64,000 bases of DNA, from contig OZ024741.1 of assembly GCA_964016885.1 (NCBI GenBank), positions 287,928,001 to 287,992,000 of the forward strand. The letters run 5' to 3'. Shown piece after piece: positions 63,313-64,000 of the stretch; position 1 is the first letter of the stretch, and every line of letters starts with the position of its first letter. Source of the DNA: Eledone cirrhosa. Lineage: Eukaryota. The notes under the pieces are model-generated. The model did not search any database. It saw nothing but the letters and a program-made list of their open reading frames with translations, and was not told the origin of the DNA. The position numbers and the translations under genes were made by a program.

Positions 63313-63790
63313 ATATTTGTTGTAAGGTAGCAATAAATGCGCCCGTTGGCGGTATGCCGTTTGAGCACTCTATGCTCACGCGGAACAGAGTATATTATTA
63401 TAGATAACGATGTTGACTTTGCCTTTCATCCTTACGGGGTAGATAAAATAAAGTACCAGTAATGCACTGGGTAATTGCTGGCCTTGTGCCTAAAGTAGAA
63501 ACAATTATTATAGATAACGAGGAATCAGTGATGCATTAAAACACAATTTATTAACATATTACATGTTTCTCCGACGATCAGCTCAAGGCAGAATCTATGA
63601 TAGATCGAACCCGACTCTGCACTCTCAAGGTTCTCGGATATGTTTATCGTTTTCAAGGCATTTCTTCATATGTATGCAGAGTCGGGTTCGATCTATAATA
63701 GATCCAGCCTTGAGCTGATCGTCGGAGAAACATATGTAATATGTTAATAAATTGTGTCTTAATGCATCACTGATTCCACGTTATCTATAG
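63313..63790. mobile_element. Foldback element H (degenerate hammerhead) interrupted by a SINE
   Basis: Arms 63509-63621 and 63675-63789; GAAAC-AUAU-GUA-AUAUGUU on the + strand; AACAUAU-CCGAGAA on the - strand; (TA)n flanks. Confidence 0.7.
63411..63510 (+). mobile_element. 5'-truncated SINE with target-site duplication
   Basis: attattatagataacga at 63394-63410 and 63504-63520. Confidence 0.85.
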
Positions 63791-64000
63791 TATATATATA
63801 TATATAACTCAATGTAAAAAGATATCACACACGAAAAACAATGCAAAAGGAAAAAGAATGTGTGTGTATGTGTTTCGGATCTAAACAAATGTTTTGCTAT
63901 CTTATTATTGGGGCGTCGCCAACATTAAACAAAGTGCCGCAGTGTTGTCAAAATTTGAAACGAAGATATCTTCAAGAAGTAAAAAACTTCTAAAAATTGT

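Noticed and set aside
57079-64000. First coding exon of VPS35L
   Set aside because: The expected exon of only a few codons could not be identified reliably; it may lie beyond the window.

Overview
AT-rich, repeat-dense animal genomic DNA; the SINE/RTE/microsatellite landscape suggests a cephalopod (octopus-like), which is an inference. There are two convergent protein-coding genes: an intronless mitochondrial ribosomal protein S5 gene (MRPS5/uS5m, 12235-13500, +) and VPS35L/C16orf62 (Retriever subunit, -). For VPS35L I traced 25 coding exons (57078 to 19669) with GT-AG boundaries and consistent phases; its first tiny exon was not found. The rest comprises RTE LINEs (with a PHD-like finger), CR1 fragments, tRNA-derived SINEs, TTAA MITEs, a mariner derivative and several minisatellites. 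The most notable unexplained structure is a set of short (about 80-650 bp) non-coding foldback elements sitting at (TA)n tracts. Several carry outward-facing type I hammerhead ribozymes of the Penelope/retrozyme kind: CUGANGA...GAAA, a palindromic stem III and a closing stem I. Their sequences differ but the architecture is shared; one shows a circularly permuted monomer of about 310 nt, and a Penelope-like ORF end lies nearby. All RNA folds were paired by eye and not computed.
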